Part shown: positions 8,810 through 17,660 of the stretch, piece after piece | Layout: each line of letters starts with the position of its first letter | How positions within the stretch are numbered: position 1 is the stretch's first letter | DNA from: a virus | Taxonomy: Duplodnaviria; Caudoviricetes | Strand: one strand, 5' to 3' | DNA length: 34,805 bases | Virus record (IMG/VR): IMGVR_UViG_3300033814_000023 | Location: 1 to 34,805 of that record | Made by a program: the position numbers and the translations under genes | The notes under the pieces: model-generated | The model's input: the letters and a program-made list of their open reading frames with translations, nothing else | The model's database searches: none | Told to the model about the DNA's origin: nothing

Positions 8810-9205
8810 TCACGTCGGCTGATGATAGGTGACGGCGCCGGTTGATTGAAATTCGCATTCAAACGTCTTGGCGCCGTTGTATTCACCCGTCTCCGTGTAG
8901 CTCGCGAGGAAGAACTGGCCCTCGATCTGCGAACCGTCGGAATAGAGAAAGGTTGTCTCCGCCACCTTATCCGCGTCCGGGTCCCCGATCGCCTCGGTCA
9001 GCAGCGTGTAGTTCAACGCGATACCAGAGACCGAGATGTTGACGGACTGCTCCGCCGCCGCATCGAGCTTGGTGGCCCAGCCCCCAGAATCGTCGTCGGT
9101 TACGTCGATCGGCTCTGCGTTGATCGCCACGCTCTTCGTTCGCACCCCGGCGATGGCCACGCCGTTCCGTTTCACCACGATCGCCCTGCCTTTTTCTGCC
9201 GCCAT
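8810..9205 (-). CDS. major tail tube protein (TP901-1/GTA-like)
   Basis: IAGVRTKS..IN.E.IDVT.DDS.GW...L, G.F....Y.E.GEYN...TFE..F.S.G.V. Strong AAAGGAG RBS. Confidence 0.85.
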   Translation of the reverse strand: MAAEKGRAIVVKRNGVAIAGVRTKSVAINAEPIDVTDDDSGGWATKLDAAAEQSVNISVSGIALNYTLLTEAIGDPDADKVAETTFLYSDGSQIEGQFFLASYTETGEYNGAKTFECEFQSTGAVTYHQPT

Positions 9206-9220
9206 TGTGATCTCCTTTCA

Positions 9221-9685
9221 CTACGCTATGAGAACATCCGGCGCATCCGCCGTATGGATAAGCTCCGCAAACCACCGCATCTGCACCGACCCGTAGGGCT
9301 GGTCCCCGCCTTCGTAGGCTAGGACCGCGCCCTGATAATCGAGCTTGACTATTTTACCCCCTACCGTCGCGCCGGACCCGAGGATGACCTCGACCTCGCG
9401 CGAGATCGCGTCGAGCGTCGCGTCAAGCGTCGCCTCGGAAGCCGTGGCGTAGGCCGTCACGCGCAGGTCAACGGTTCGCTCCATCGTCTCCGGGTCATCA
9501 GGGTCCGCGTCCGGGCTCGCGCGCGAGGCATCATCGCCCGGCGTTGCGACCGCAACCAACGGCAGGTCCGCCGGATCTATAGGCCACACGCGGAAAGGGA
9601 ACACCTCGCCGGCAGAGGGCGGAAGCGCAGCGGTAAGCGCGGCGGTCACTGCATCCCTCAACTGAGTGCGAAGATGGTTAGCCAT
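9221..9685 (-). CDS. tail terminator / tail completion protein (gpU-like)
   Basis: 154 aa just upstream of the tail tube, with the pattern H.RTQLRDAV..AL, V.P.R..P....LP and LD.I..EVE. Confidence 0.7.
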   Translation of the reverse strand: MANHLRTQLRDAVTAALTAALPPSAGEVFPFRVWPIDPADLPLVAVATPGDDASRASPDADPDDPETMERTVDLRVTAYATASEATLDATLDAISREVEVILGSGATVGGKIVKLDYQGAVLAYEGGDQPYGSVQMRWFAELIHTADAPDVLIA

Positions 9686-10382
9686 GTGCGCCCCCCCTTA
9701 TCCGCTCTGCAACCGCCCGCCGCTCATCAGACAGCGCCGTATAACGCTCTTGGTCCCGGTCGCTCGCCCGCCGGCCCTTCGGCCCCACACGTTTCGCGGA
9801 ATAGGTCAGGTCGCGGGGCGCTTTGCCGTTGTTCGGGTGCATGTGCTCCACTAGCACGTCGCGCAGCCAGATCAAGCGGTTGGCCCGCATCGCGATGTCC
9901 GCGATGTGCGTGTCTGCGTAGAAGTGCTCATACGTGGGATGGACCAAATGCCCCACGCAATCGAACCAGGCGCGGGTGACAAAGAAGTGGGTGCAACGCA
10001 GCCCTTTCCGCGCCTCCGCCCCGTCCATTGGCACCGCAACCGCAGCACACCCATCCCCGAGCGCCCGTTCCACCGCGAGGTCCCAGGCCGGGGTGCGGAA
10101 TAGCACATCGTCAGCGCACGCCATAAGCACGTCTCCAGAGGCCCGGGCCGCGAGGTCGTTGAACATCCCCATGACCGAGCCGCTCTCTCCGCAAACGAAA
10201 GTCGCGCCTTGCAGAGTCCCCGATAGCGTCTCATAGTCGGAAAGTCTCGGATCATCTCGATCCACGCGCGCGAGAACGGTGACTCGCTCGGGATGGGACG
10301 CCGTGCGAAACGCGCTCTCCACCATCGCCTCGAAGCGAGCGGGCCGTTCGCGGGTGGCGCAGAGGATTGAGATCATCATCAT
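9678..10382 (-). CDS. GT2-family glycosyltransferase
   Basis: ISIL.ATR.RP, N.LA..A.GD....ADD (DxD-like), YADT and VEH.HP. The start is placed at ATG 10382 (ATGA overlap). Confidence 0.8.
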   Translation of the reverse strand: MMMISILCATRERPARFEAMVESAFRTASHPERVTVLARVDRDDPRLSDYETLSGTLQGATFVCGESGSVMGMFNDLAARASGDVLMACADDVLFRTPAWDLAVERALGDGCAAVAVPMDGAEARKGLRCTHFFVTRAWFDCVGHLVHPTYEHFYADTHIADIAMRANRLIWLRDVLVEHMHPNNGKAPRDLTYSAKRVGPKGRRASDRDQERYTALSDERRAVAERIRGGAHG

Positions 10383-11311
10383 GACGCGGCCTTTATACTG
10401 GCAACGTCCGCCTCCGCGCGGTAGTGATCGAGCAGCCATGAGAGGCTTTCATGGAGCGGAATCTGCGGATGCCATCCCGTAGCAGCGCGGAAGCGGGAGC
10501 AATCCGGCACCTGCGACCGCACATCGAGCGGGCGCATCAGCGCCGGATCAACGCGCGTGCGGACCGGGACGCGCGCCATCTCGATCATCATCTCAAGACC
10601 CGCCTGCACCGTCATAGGCTCCTCCGACCCGATATTATAAATCGGCACTTGATGCTTTGATCGTTCTGGCGGGAAGCTTCCCGCGAGCGCGTAAGCAATC
10701 ACGATGTCTCGCACGTCCGCAAAGGTGCGAACCGAACCGAGGTTTCCGTGGATCAATTCCTTGCGTTGCCCGCGCTCGATCTCTACGATCTGTCGTGCAA
10801 AAGCGGATAACGCGATGTCGCGCCGTCGCGGGTTGATATAACCAAAGGCACGCGTGATGATGACCGGGATACCGTAGCACCTCGCGTACATCTGCGCCAG
10901 CAAGTCCTGCCCCGCCTTCGAGCAGGCGTAGGGATTGGTGTGCCGCGAGATTGGGAATAACTCCGTGATCGGCGAACCGTCCGGGTCGCCATAGACCTCG
11001 GAGGAGGAGCACATGACGACGCGCGGCGGGGGGTCGAATAGCCGGAGTGCTTCAAAGAGGTTGATCGTCCCCCCCGTGTTGTTCCCATACATCCGCGCCG
11101 GCTCGTCAAAGGAACGCCGAACATCCGCCTTCGATGCAAGATGGTAGATGACCTCTGGACGGACCTCCTCCAAGCGACGGCGCACGGCGGCGAAGTCATT
11201 CAAGTCGCATTCCAACCGCGCGATGCCGTGGACCTCATCCCCGATGCTCTCCAGGTATTCCGCGAGGTAACTACCCGCAGCGCCCCGGATGCCTGTGATC
11301 AGAGCCCTCAT
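10379..11311 (-). CDS. gmd: GDP-mannose 4,6-dehydratase-like extended SDR (Gmd/Rmd family)
   Basis: ALITG.RG..GSYLAE.L, SSSEVYG, PY..SK and GNL...R.F.DVRD. Confidence 0.75.
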   Translation of the reverse strand: MRALITGIRGAAGSYLAEYLESIGDEVHGIARLECDLNDFAAVRRRLEEVRPEVIYHLASKADVRRSFDEPARMYGNNTGGTINLFEALRLFDPPPRVVMCSSSEVYGDPDGSPITELFPISRHTNPYACSKAGQDLLAQMYARCYGIPVIITRAFGYINPRRRDIALSAFARQIVEIERGQRKELIHGNLGSVRTFADVRDIVIAYALAGSFPPERSKHQVPIYNIGSEEPMTVQAGLEMMIEMARVPVRTRVDPALMRPLDVRSQVPDCSRFRAATGWHPQIPLHESLSWLLDHYRAEADVASIKAAS

Positions 11312-12276
11312 GCCGCCCCCAGGATGGGATTCGCCAACCCTATCCGGTCGAAAATCCTGCCCCAGAACGCGCCAAGCCCGTGCTCCCGGAGCAGGCGGAC
11401 ACGCAGGCGAGCCCCCATAGCCTCCGTCTCCTCTGGACGGCCCCGGAGGCGCTCGACGATGGTGATCGCCTCCTCGATACTCCCATACTCTAGGAACTCA
11501 ACTTCCGGCTCGAACCAGGTCCGGGTCGGTGAATCGCGCGGTTCGATCAGGGTCGCGCCGGCAAGCCCAGTCTCGACCACCCGGCCTTTGACGTGCGTAT
11601 GCCGGCGCGACCCCGTGTGGGCGAAGTTCGGGACCATGCGGCAGCGCCCAAGGAACTCAGCGACTTCGCGGTAATTCTCTGGCCCACCAGAGCGTAGTCT
11701 GATCTGAAGCCCATGCTGCTGGAGTTGCTCGACGAGGACGAGACGCGGATCAACGTCCGGGTTGTGCCGGCGCTTCCGCCTGGCCCCAATCTGTCCTGCG
11801 AACCCGAGAACGATCGGTCGTTCGGCGTGGGGAGCGGGCACGGCGGCGTAGAAGTTCGGGTCGATCGGGGTAAGCGCGGAGAGCCCGGTATCGCGCAGCG
11901 GCCAGTCCCGGACGCCGTCGAGCGCAACCTGGAGCGAGAACGCCCCGGCGCGCTCGTAGTCTACGAGCAGCGGCCACCACGGGTCATCGGCGGCGTCGGA
12001 ACAGAAGTGGACCGTGGGCGCGATCTCCTCCCGCAGGCGCTTGAACAACTCCGCCGAGGGCGTGTTCCCGCCACACGCCCCGACGTAGACGATGAAGTCC
12101 GGACGGAAACGGACCGCCGCCTCGCGGATCTCGGAGTCGAGCGCCGCGCCAATGATACCCTGGCCGACCCGATGGTTGTAGACGTAGTACCCGACCTCAG
12201 CGCCCGGGAGGCAGGCGAAGGACTGGTAGTGCTTGTGCGTCTCGCTCGTCGGCGTGATCAGAAAAAAACCTCTCAC
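11308..12276 (-). CDS. CgeB-like GT-B glycosyltransferase, paralog 3
   Basis: C-terminal GFAG, L..CR...NF, KGRV.E..LAG and F.P..E..EY pattern. Paralogous to the two neighbouring genes. Confidence 0.75.
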   Translation of the reverse strand: MRGFFLITPTSETHKHYQSFACLPGAEVGYYVYNHRVGQGIIGAALDSEIREAAVRFRPDFIVYVGACGGNTPSAELFKRLREEIAPTVHFCSDAADDPWWPLLVDYERAGAFSLQVALDGVRDWPLRDTGLSALTPIDPNFYAAVPAPHAERPIVLGFAGQIGARRKRRHNPDVDPRLVLVEQLQQHGLQIRLRSGGPENYREVAEFLGRCRMVPNFAHTGSRRHTHVKGRVVETGLAGATLIEPRDSPTRTWFEPEVEFLEYGSIEEAITIVERLRGRPEETEAMGARLRVRLLREHGLGAFWGRIFDRIGLANPILGAA

Positions 12277-12925
12277 ACGGTCTCCTTGATTTGAATCCGT
12301 TCCATTACGCGACGCCAGAATGCGGCGGGCGAATGATCGGCACGCACCTTCTCTCGCAGGCGACCCGCGATCGCCTCGGTCACCACCGGCCGATTATGGA
12401 TCGCGGCGAGGATCGAAGCGGCCTCCTCCATCGAGCCGTATTCAAGGTAATCAACCCCAGGCGTGAACCAGTGGGAGGTCGGTGCCCCGCGTTCCTCCAA
12501 TAGCATCGCTCCCGCGAGGGCGGCTTCGATCACGCGGCCCTTCACCTGCATGTGACGCAGCGATCCGGTGCGAGCGAAGTTCAGCACGATGCGGCATCGA
12601 CCCAGATAGTCAACATACTCCGCGTAACTGTTCCGCGCTCCGTCACGCTCCCGGTATTGGAGTCCGAAAGTAGCAGCACGCTCTAATAACGCGGCGCGCA
12701 CGACTCCTATGTTGCCCGCAAACCCGAACCCGATGGGGCGCTCGGCGTGCCGTGGGAAATCGCGCGCGAACCACTTAGGGTCCAAGGTTGTGAGCGCCGT
12801 GATCTGCGTCTCCGCGAGTGGCCACGCCGGGTTTCCATCAAGCGCCACCTGCACGGAAAACGCGCCTATTCGGTCATACTCCATTAGGAGCGGCCACCAC
12901 GGGTCATCGGCGGCGTCGGAACAGA
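11969..12925. repeat. 37-bp perfect direct repeat (11969-12005 and 12889-12925) shared by two GT paralogs
   Basis: AGCGGCCACCACGGGTCATCGGCGGCGTCGGAACAGA occurs twice, 920 bp apart, and encodes CSDAADDPWWPL in both genes. Confidence 0.85.
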
Positions 12926-13202
12926 GATGCACGGTAGGAGCGATGCGGTCCCGGAGTTTGCGGAGAATACCAGGCTCTGGGAGATTGTCACCGCAAGCTC
13001 CGATGTAGATGATGACATCGGGCATGTAGGACAGCGCGGCGGAAAACATCCGGTCATCACGCGGCCGGCCATTCTCATAAGAGTCCGCCCGCTTCGTGTT
13101 GAAGTAGACGTGGCGTTGAACTTCGTTACCCGGAAGGGACAGGAACGACTCATAGTGCTTATCCGTCTCGTTCGTCGGTGGAGTGATGAAAAAGGCTTTC
13201 AC
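12273..13202 (-). CDS. CgeB-like GT-B glycosyltransferase, paralog 2
   Basis: GFAGN, Y..YL.RCRIVLNF, KGRVIEAALAG and F.PG.DYLEY. Confidence 0.75.
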   Translation of the reverse strand: MKAFFITPPTNETDKHYESFLSLPGNEVQRHVYFNTKRADSYENGRPRDDRMFSAALSYMPDVIIYIGACGDNLPEPGILRKLRDRIAPTVHLCSDAADDPWWPLLMEYDRIGAFSVQVALDGNPAWPLAETQITALTTLDPKWFARDFPRHAERPIGFGFAGNIGVVRAALLERAATFGLQYRERDGARNSYAEYVDYLGRCRIVLNFARTGSLRHMQVKGRVIEAALAGAMLLEERGAPTSHWFTPGVDYLEYGSMEEAASILAAIHNRPVVTEAIAGRLREKVRADHSPAAFWRRVMERIQIKETV

Positions 13203-14107
13203 CGGCCACCCATCGCTCGCGTAACCACATCACCAAATAGCTTTTGCGGGTTGTAATGCTGCCGCGTGTGCGCTTCCCTCATCCATGCGCTTTGCTCTAT
13301 CACCTCATCTGAAAGCGTGCGGATCAGATGCTCCGCCTCCGCAGCGTCCCGATAGATGAAATACGAACCTTCGGGAAACCAGTCCGCGATCGGGGAGCCT
13401 TCGCTCTCAAGCAACGCGCATCCCGCGAATCCGCTCTCGATCACGCGCTGCTTCAGATGATGCGTCACGCCGGAGCCGGTAAATGAGGTATTGATTATGA
13501 TTCGACACTGGCGCATAAATGCGACGTGCTCGGGATAACTCACCGCCCCGTCTGCCACATTTCTTTCTCGTAACGTGACCAATCCGGAGGCGACCAGTGG
13601 TGCCAGGATGCGGCCACGCGGATCGACCGGAACGGAATGCGATGGGCCAGTCAGACCGAGATTCCCGGAAAAGCCGCAGCGGATGTCCCGCCGTGACGCA
13701 GGCGCGTCAAAGAGTAACGGGCTTACGGGGGCGAGCATCACCCAGTCTACGGGCGCATCCTTGCGGCCGTCTATCGTCACTTGCAGGTCGAAACATCCGG
13801 CCCGCGCATAATCTTTCAAGATGTCGTGCCAGCCATCGTCCCCACCGTCGAAGCAGATGTTCACGGATGGCGCTATCGACCGCAGACGCTTCAACGCACC
13901 AAGGGACGGCGATCCTTCAAGATTGTTCGATCCAATGTAAAAGATGATCTGTGGCGTCAAGGCTTGCGTCTCGCGCAGCACACGGTCATCATTCACCCGT
14001 TTCATGTGATTGAACGTCACGCGCCCAGACGGCTCATTGAAGTAATCCCAAGCCCCCGTCACGCTGTCTACATCATTCGTCCGCGTGGTGATGAATACCG
14101 CCTTCAC
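13199..14107 (-). CDS. CgeB-like GT-B glycosyltransferase, paralog 1
   Basis: GTG at 14107 with an AAGGAGG RBS and a GTGA overlap. GFSGN, CRIIIN and KQRVIE.G.AGC.LLE. Confidence 0.72.
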   Translation of the reverse strand: MKAVFITTRTNDVDSVTGAWDYFNEPSGRVTFNHMKRVNDDRVLRETQALTPQIIFYIGSNNLEGSPSLGALKRLRSIAPSVNICFDGGDDGWHDILKDYARAGCFDLQVTIDGRKDAPVDWVMLAPVSPLLFDAPASRRDIRCGFSGNLGLTGPSHSVPVDPRGRILAPLVASGLVTLRERNVADGAVSYPEHVAFMRQCRIIINTSFTGSGVTHHLKQRVIESGFAGCALLESEGSPIADWFPEGSYFIYRDAAEAEHLIRTLSDEVIEQSAWMREAHTRQHYNPQKLFGDVVTRAMGGR

Positions 14108-17100
14108 GCAACCTCCTTGATGTCGCAACCGAACCACTCAACCCGCGTCATGATCGTCCCGGACTTCCGGCCCCACATCAATGTCTCAACGGCGAACCGC
14201 GAGCGGTCCGGAAACCGCCGCGCGTGAACCGTCATCGTCTGACAATCCAAGATAAGCGGTATGGGAGTCGAGGTCAGGAGCCGATCGAAATACTCCGGGA
14301 CATTCCGCTCGAAGCGGTGGATCCTCATCGGTTCGTCCTCCGCCGTCGGGATTCGGAGGCGCTGATAGTAGATGACCTCGACGAGTTCCTCGTCCTCAAA
14401 TTGGATCCCGCGCGAGTAGAGAACGTCGCGGACGAGTTCAGTCAGTTCGAGGTAGAAGGCGTCGAGATCCTCGGCGATCCGGAGGAAGCTCGCCTCCTCC
14501 TCGTCCCAGTAGATCGGGGCGTATCCCTCGACGCGGCGACCCCGCCCACGTCCCGCGAGGATCCGCTCGATTTGCCCGTCGAACTCAGCGATCTCCCGGC
14601 GGAACGTTCTGTGATCTCGCCCGTTCCTCATGACATACTCTATCAAGTCGGTTACTGTCACGCCGTGGCGATCCGCGAGCCAGAGCATGACGAAGAACCC
14701 GACCTTGAGCGAATGAAGGACCATCGTCAGCCAGGAGAAAAGGACCATATCGCGCCACATCGTAAGTGGCATCGCGTCCGTGGTCACGATCACGTCCTCG
14801 AACTCCGTTACGAGATCATCAGTCCGAAGCGCGCCGTGGATCTCGTTTAACTCGATTTGCTTCGTCACGATCCCGAATCGTTTCTGGTATTCCGGATTCG
14901 CCATCTCAGTGTTTGGAAAGATTTGGCAGAGGTAGATGAAAAGCTGGTTCTTCAACCCGGCGGACAGCATCTCCTCTACGCCCGTCTTCCACGTCTCGAA
15001 CGTCTCGCCGGGCAACCCAAGGATCAGTTCGGAATAAACCGGGACATGCGCCTCATTGAACTTGATCTGCAATGACTTGTAGGTTTCGAGCTTGATGTTC
15101 TGGCGTTGGATGTTCTTCAGGACATCCTTATTATTGCTCTGCAACGCCAATGTGATCCCCTTCTCCAAGTCCGCCGCGTGCAACTTCGTCGCGATCCCGT
15201 AGATGCGTTCGTCCGCGTTCTTCCCGAAGCAGGTCCGGAACTTCTCTGGAAATCCGTATTCGCGCTTCACGTCAACGAGTATCTGTGCGATCTCCTCGTC
15301 ACGCTTGTGCATTCCGAAATTGGAATCTGCGTTGAACAGGTACTTGATCTTGTTTCTGGCCGCCCATTCGATTTCTTTGGCGACTCTTTCTATTCCGTGA
15401 AAGCGATATTTTCGGGAGAGTCCGCCTTGTCCCCAGTAGCAGTTATGGGCCAGCAGTCCGTTAGCGAAAAAGTTGTGATGCGGAGCAGCGTTTATAAGGT
15501 CGTAGACCCTCGCCTCACCAGCGGAGGTGATGCTAGTTACCCTGCTCCAGCGAACTCCCGGAGCCTTTCGGCCAGCGCGGAATTGAGTGCATCCGAATCC
15601 CAAATCGTGAAGCAGGCCCAGCCCTTGCCAGCGTAGTCCATTAGTTCTCGTTCCACCTTCTCTGCGTCCTGGTGCCAATATTTGCCGTGCGCCAAGATCA
15701 CGCGCGGGCGAGACGTATGCACGAAGTCCGGGTTGCGGGAAGTACCGGACAGGCATGGTCCCACCCACAGAGAGCCGTCCCCGACGAATCGGAATGGCAA
15801 ATTGTTCTCCAGAAGAAACGCCAGCACACGAGACTCGAAACCGTTTGGGTGTTTCTCCTCGAACAGCTTTATAGCCGCCTCGTATCGCATCCTCGTCTGC
15901 GGATCGTTGAGCGCGACGCGCGCCTTCTCGCGCGCCGCCGCACTCCTCATCGGATTGTTCGCCGTCATGTAAACAGAAATCTTGGCCGAATGTCGCAAGC
16001 GCCGAGTCTCGCCCATGCGCCTCGCCACCTCCGGGTCCTTCATGGGATTGTTCGGCCCGGATTGCTTGGCTCTCGCCGTTTCGCTCATGATCTTTCGACC
16101 GCGAGGCGTGCTCATAAACGGGACGTGCTTCCCACTGGCGTAACTCTGCTTGAGAGTTTCCGCCTGCCGCGCCCTCACTTCCGGACGCTTCATCGGGTTG
16201 TCCGCCTTCATGCGCTTGGAGATTTCTCGTCTCCAAGATTTCGTCCCCGATTTTGATTTCTTCGGCACGTCGCCACCCGCCTCGCGTGTAAATCCTGTGA
16301 TCTGCTGTCGCGTCTAGATACGTCTCGCCGGCGTGAATCCGAACCACCGTCCGCACACCCGTAAAAACGGAACGCTCGACCGCGTTCCAGACCGGAATCT
16401 GTGCCCTCTCATCAAAACCAAGAACCGAATCCCCGGACCGAACATCCTGTATCACCTTATGACCTAATTTTGTGATTATAACAGTGTTCTCTGACAAGCA
16501 GAACGAGCACGGAAATGGGCAGCCGCGATTGGTTTCTACGATAGCTTGGAGTTGAAGTCCCGTCCGCCGCGAGTCGTCCATGATCTCGTCATATAGCCCT
16601 TCGAGATATGGCGAGGGATACATATCGAGGTCTTTCGGTTGATGCGCCTCGACCTCGTTGCGGATGCACGCCCCATCGTCAGCGCGCCATGCGACGTTAG
16701 CGAGCCCAGAGAAATCGCGTGATTCAAGATTACGCAGCAGAATTTTAGCGAACGCTTCCTCACCCTCGGCGCGCACCGCGACATCTATGAAGGGATGGCG
16801 AGCGAAGTATTCCTGCGGGTGCTGTGGCACTTGCGGCCCGCCGAACACGATGAGGCAACGCGGCCAGCGTAGTTTCACTTCCTCCGCCACACGCAGATTC
16901 AACTGCTCGTTCCACATCGACACGGAAAACGCCGCCACGTCCGGCGCGTCGTAACGCGGGAGGATGTTGCTCATGGAATCGATGTGGTAGAAGAACGGCG
17001 CGAATTCATATGCCGCATTGATCTGCGGCACCGTCTCGGCGTAGGCGCGGAGCAATCCGGTTGCGATCGGGAGGTAGGCCGACTGCTCCATGCGGATATT

Positions 17101-17127
17101 GTATTCATTCAAAAAGACCCTACGCAC
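14104..17127 (-). CDS. cobalamin-binding radical SAM enzyme, intein-containing precursor
   Basis: N-terminal B12-binding-like segment (FSVSMWN...IVFGGP...D.AVR.EGE). ETNRGCPFPCSF|intein|CYWG gives CxxxCxxC after splicing. DSNFG and ELILGLPGET follow. The likely start is GTG 17127 (GAGGAG RBS); the ORF track starts at 17154. Confidence 0.88.
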   Translation of the reverse strand: MRRVFLNEYNIRMEQSAYLPIATGLLRAYAETVPQINAAYEFAPFFYHIDSMSNILPRYDAPDVAAFSVSMWNEQLNLRVAEEVKLRWPRCLIVFGGPQVPQHPQEYFARHPFIDVAVRAEGEEAFAKILLRNLESRDFSGLANVAWRADDGACIRNEVEAHQPKDLDMYPSPYLEGLYDEIMDDSRRTGLQLQAIVETNRGCPFPCSFCLSENTVIITKLGHKVIQDVRSGDSVLGFDERAQIPVWNAVERSVFTGVRTVVRIHAGETYLDATADHRIYTRGGWRRAEEIKIGDEILETRNLQAHEGGQPDEASGSEGAAGGNSQAELRQWEARPVYEHASRSKDHERNGESQAIRAEQSHEGPGGGEAHGRDSALATFGQDFCLHDGEQSDEECGGAREGARRAQRSADEDAIRGGYKAVRGETPKRFRVSCAGVSSGEQFAIPIRRGRLSVGGTMPVRYFPQPGLRAYVSPARDLGARQILAPGRREGGTRTNGLRWQGLGLLHDLGFGCTQFRAGRKAPGVRWSRVTSITSAGEARVYDLINAAPHHNFFANGLLAHNCYWGQGGLSRKYRFHGIERVAKEIEWAARNKIKYLFNADSNFGMHKRDEEIAQILVDVKREYGFPEKFRTCFGKNADERIYGIATKLHAADLEKGITLALQSNNKDVLKNIQRQNIKLETYKSLQIKFNEAHVPVYSELILGLPGETFETWKTGVEEMLSAGLKNQLFIYLCQIFPNTEMANPEYQKRFGIVTKQIELNEIHGALRTDDLVTEFEDVIVTTDAMPLTMWRDMVLFSWLTMVLHSLKVGFFVMLWLADRHGVTVTDLIEYVMRNGRDHRTFRREIAEFDGQIERILAGRGRGRRVEGYAPIYWDEEEASFLRIAEDLDAFYLELTELVRDVLYSRGIQFEDEELVEVIYYQRLRIPTAEDEPMRIHRFERNVPEYFDRLLTSTPIPLILDCQTMTVHARRFPDRSRFAVETLMWGRKSGTIMTRVEWFGCDIKEVA
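15442..16500 (-). mobile_element. intein (353 aa), Cys1...His-Asn / Cys+1
   Basis: Block A CLSENTVI, block B LDATADHRIYT (TxxH), block F VYDL and block G HNFFANGLLAHN followed by C. Confidence 0.93.
15537..16268 (-). CDS. putative homing endonuclease (NUMOD3-like repeats plus a Vsr/EDxHD-like nuclease) nested in the +1 frame of the intein
   Basis: 243 aa with its own GTG start and TAA stop. Three NPM(K/R) basic repeats, then FE..V, NPDF, HGKYWH and GW....IWD, matching Vsr PDF..HGCFWH..GW...IWE. Confidence 0.82.
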   Translation of the reverse strand: MPKKSKSGTKSWRREISKRMKADNPMKRPEVRARQAETLKQSYASGKHVPFMSTPRGRKIMSETARAKQSGPNNPMKDPEVARRMGETRRLRHSAKISVYMTANNPMRSAAAREKARVALNDPQTRMRYEAAIKLFEEKHPNGFESRVLAFLLENNLPFRFVGDGSLWVGPCLSGTSRNPDFVHTSRPRVILAHGKYWHQDAEKVERELMDYAGKGWACFTIWDSDALNSALAERLREFAGAG

Positions 17128-17659
17128 CGCTCGGCTCCTCATGGTAGAGGTCACCGTATTCTACTAGCAACGTGGATCCGGCGCGGCCGAGCGCCCGCGC
17201 GTATGCGGGGCCGACCGTCTCCGGGGTCGCGAGCGTCTCGACGACGACGGTCGAGAGCATCGAGCGAAACGCCTCGGTGAAATCCCCGACGTGCTGCGCC
17301 TGTGGGTGAATCGGTCGCGTCGGCCCGACCGCGACCCGCACGATGACCTGCGGTCGCCATAACGAGATCGTCGGGAATTTGTCGAGGTGGTTGACGAGCT
17401 GGTTCGCGGCGAGGAGGAGGAAGTTCCACCGAGGGTAGACGCAGACCGGAACGAAGCCACGGAGCGAGGCGCCGATCGCCATCCCGAGCTGGAACTCCTC
17501 CGCGACGGGAAGCTCGACGAGACGATCGGAGGAGATTCCCGCGAAGGTCGCGGTCATGAACGTCCCGGCGCTCGCGACCGCCTGGCCCATGAAGACGACG
17601 CGCGGGTCCCGGGCGAGCGCGAGCATCGCGTGATTTAGAGCGGAGCGGTAGGTCTCCAT
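17120..17659 (-). CDS. TPP-dependent E1-beta / transketolase pyrimidine-binding-domain protein (short form)
   Basis: D.RV.FMGQ.V, ELPVAEE.QLGMAIG.SL.G..P, NQLVNHLDK and QH.GDF. The start is placed at ATG 17659. Confidence 0.8.
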   Translation of the reverse strand: METYRSALNHAMLALARDPRVVFMGQAVASAGTFMTATFAGISSDRLVELPVAEEFQLGMAIGASLRGFVPVCVYPRWNFLLLAANQLVNHLDKFPTISLWRPQVIVRVAVGPTRPIHPQAQHVGDFTEAFRSMLSTVVVETLATPETVGPAYARALGRAGSTLLVEYGDLYHEEPSGA

Positions 17660-17660
17660 G

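Noticed and set aside
11969-12925. 37-bp repeat as an att site or a DGR template/variable repeat pair
   Set aside because: Both copies encode the same conserved peptide in paralogous genes. There is no integrase, reverse transcriptase or adenine-specific mismatch pattern.
15672-16256. 194-aa plus-strand ORF inside the intein (a possible third coding layer)
   Set aside because: It is Arg-rich, has no motifs and lies antisense to the nested endonuclease, so it is most simply a shadow ORF.
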